The notes below the pieces were generated by a model. The model ran no database searches. It worked only from the letters and a program-made list of their open reading frames with translations, and was not told where the DNA came from. This document shows, in pieces, positions 62,422-64,000 of a stretch of 64,000 nt of DNA; position 1 is the first letter of the stretch, and every line of letters starts with the position of its first letter. Position numbers and translations under genes: made by a program. The stretch is from Raillietiella orientalis (lineage: Eukaryota), in contig JAYWIR010000026.1 in NCBI GenBank assembly GCA_036172245.1, forward strand, positions 558,001 to 622,000. The letters are read 5' to 3'.

Positions 62422-63731
62422 CTAGCAACTTGGCGTCCGCATTCACTATTGTTATTGGACTCCAGTTGTTCATGCTCCTCAGATCTCCTCCCTTAGGGAG
62501 GAGCCGCACCTTTGCCGAACGAAACGAGGCGGGAACGTCACCTGTTTCGCGTATCAGCAAGGTGAGTTGCTGTACCAGGGGGGTGAGCTCAGCCGCGAAA
62601 GTTTGATAAAACTCCGCGGGCAGGCCGACCTCCCCTGGAGCCTTTCGCCTCTTGAGCTTTCCGATGGCCGAGAGTATCTCGTCCATCGTGAAAGGCTCGT
62701 CGAGGGTCTTTCTCTGCTCCTCCCGGATCGCTGGAGCGCTTTCCGGAAGCAGGAGTCGTGAGACGTTCCTCTCCGGAGGTGCCCTGGTAAACAGGGAGGA
62801 GTAGTAACTCCGCAGCAGTCCGCGGATTTGGGCAGGTGCCGAGTGCTCCTGGCCCTGATCCTCCAGTAAGCTGCCCGATCCGGACTGCCAGGCTTGCCTC
62901 TCGGCTCCTGCTTTGTATTCCGCCAGCCTGCGGATGTCGGGGGTCCTGGCGTAACGGCGAGCCTGCAGGTAGGCTCGTTCGTTACGGACCCTGGTCCCAA
63001 AACACGTAGGTAGAAGGTGAAAAGGGAACTGGTCGCAGAACTCGTAAACGGACCTTTTGAAGCAGTCCCAATCCTGGAGTGTCTGCATCCTGAAGCTTTG
63101 TCTGAACGTGTGGAGATGTTCCGTAGCGTCCGGGAGCTTAAGCCAGTCCCCTGGGAGACGCCACGCTGACGAGGAGGGGCCCCTGCGGCGCGGATGGATC
63201 TCAAGGACTAGCGGGCGATGGTCAGACAGCTCGCACAGAAACTTGCCGCGCCTGCCTACGCAAGGGCACAGGTACTCGTCAAGAAACACGTGCTCAATGC
63301 TGTCTTCCATCAACGGTGCACTGGCCAACAAATTACAGGTGTGCACCGCCATGCACACTTCGTTGGCCAGGTCACGCTCGGGATTCTGCCCATCTGGTTT
63401 CAGGCGAACGTTGAAATCGCCTGCAACCAAATGGGCATTCCGCACGCCTGCTTCGGTCAGCCAGTCTCGGCGGAGGGCAAAGAAAAACTCTTTCCTTGCC
63501 CTCCTAGTCATCAGGTCCGCGCCGCTCGGTGCGTACACGTTCGTGACGATCAGATCGATCGAGTCGGACCACCTGAGAGTCAGCTGGCCGACACGACCGT
63601 GATCGTCGAACCACATGCCCCGAACCGCGGCGTCGACGGCTGGCAGAAGCAGGGAGGCGACACCGCAACTTTTCGCTCTCCCACACGTTTACCATAGCCG
63701 CCCTCCGGAGATCCGTTCGATCTCCCGCGCT
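62422..63731 (-). mobile_element. Element L: internal piece (EN to RT NADAKL), E-like; host of C (3' junction) and K
   Basis: ORF 62390..63616 closely resembles E ORF2; bounded by C's 3' end and K's 5' end. Confidence 0.88.
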
Positions 63732-64000
63732 CGTACAGTGCAGACGTGTTTCCGCGTCTTTCCGCGCCAACGATCGGGCAACTTTGTGCCTGCGTTTTTG
63801 CTCGCACTTGTGTGTTCCTGTGCAATCTGCCAAGTAGCATAGTGCAACATGGCCAGTACACAGGATAGTGTGGAGCAGCAAGCCACTGGATGCACTTCAG
63901 CTGCACTTGAAGTGGCCGCATCCTCCGTAATGGTTTCCTCGCCCCCGGTGAGGAGTTACGCCGTCGTTACCTCCCAAAGACCAGGACCCTGCGATGCGGA
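63732..64000 (+). mobile_element. Element K: 5' end of a G-subfamily LINE running off the window
   Basis: Nearly identical to 45919-46187; ORF1 ATG at 63849. Confidence 0.92.

Noticed and set aside
12640..64000. Prokaryotic RT systems (group II intron, retron, DGR, CRISPR-RT) or LTR elements
   Set aside because: RT is fused to an APE endonuclease and preceded by a knuckle ORF1; no LTRs, integrase, RNase H or repeat-spacer array were seen.

Overview
Eukaryotic, probably arthropod, repeat-rich DNA with no recognisable host gene. Bases 1-12.6 kb are decayed relics: an R2/NeSL-type RT, a LINE 3' end, a probable chuvirus-like nucleoprotein endogenous viral element, and a degenerate ~180-bp repeat. 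From ~12.6 kb to the window end is an unbroken cluster of 12 L1/Tx1-clade non-LTR retrotransposons, labelled A-L here. Each has ORF1 (RRM-like region plus CCHC knuckles) and ORF2 (APE endonuclease, RT, C-terminal CCHC). Target-site duplications (TSDs) and resumed reading frames resolve a nested structure: L(-) > C(+) > {D(+) > E(-); F(-) > {H(+), I(+), G(+) > J(-)}}, with K(+) also inside L. Distinctive features: insertion almost always antisense into a relative, re-use of homologous target sites, intact 5' ends (CG..GACGTG-T-tract), 3' ends of AATAAA plus a hairpin with no poly(A), a covarying 3'UTR stem-loop, a hairpin-embedded TAATG/TAACA ORF1-ORF2 junction, and an endonuclease that seems to lack the target-recognition beta-hairpin. 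Together these suggest a self-targeting LINE system. All alignments were made by eye and no database searches were run.
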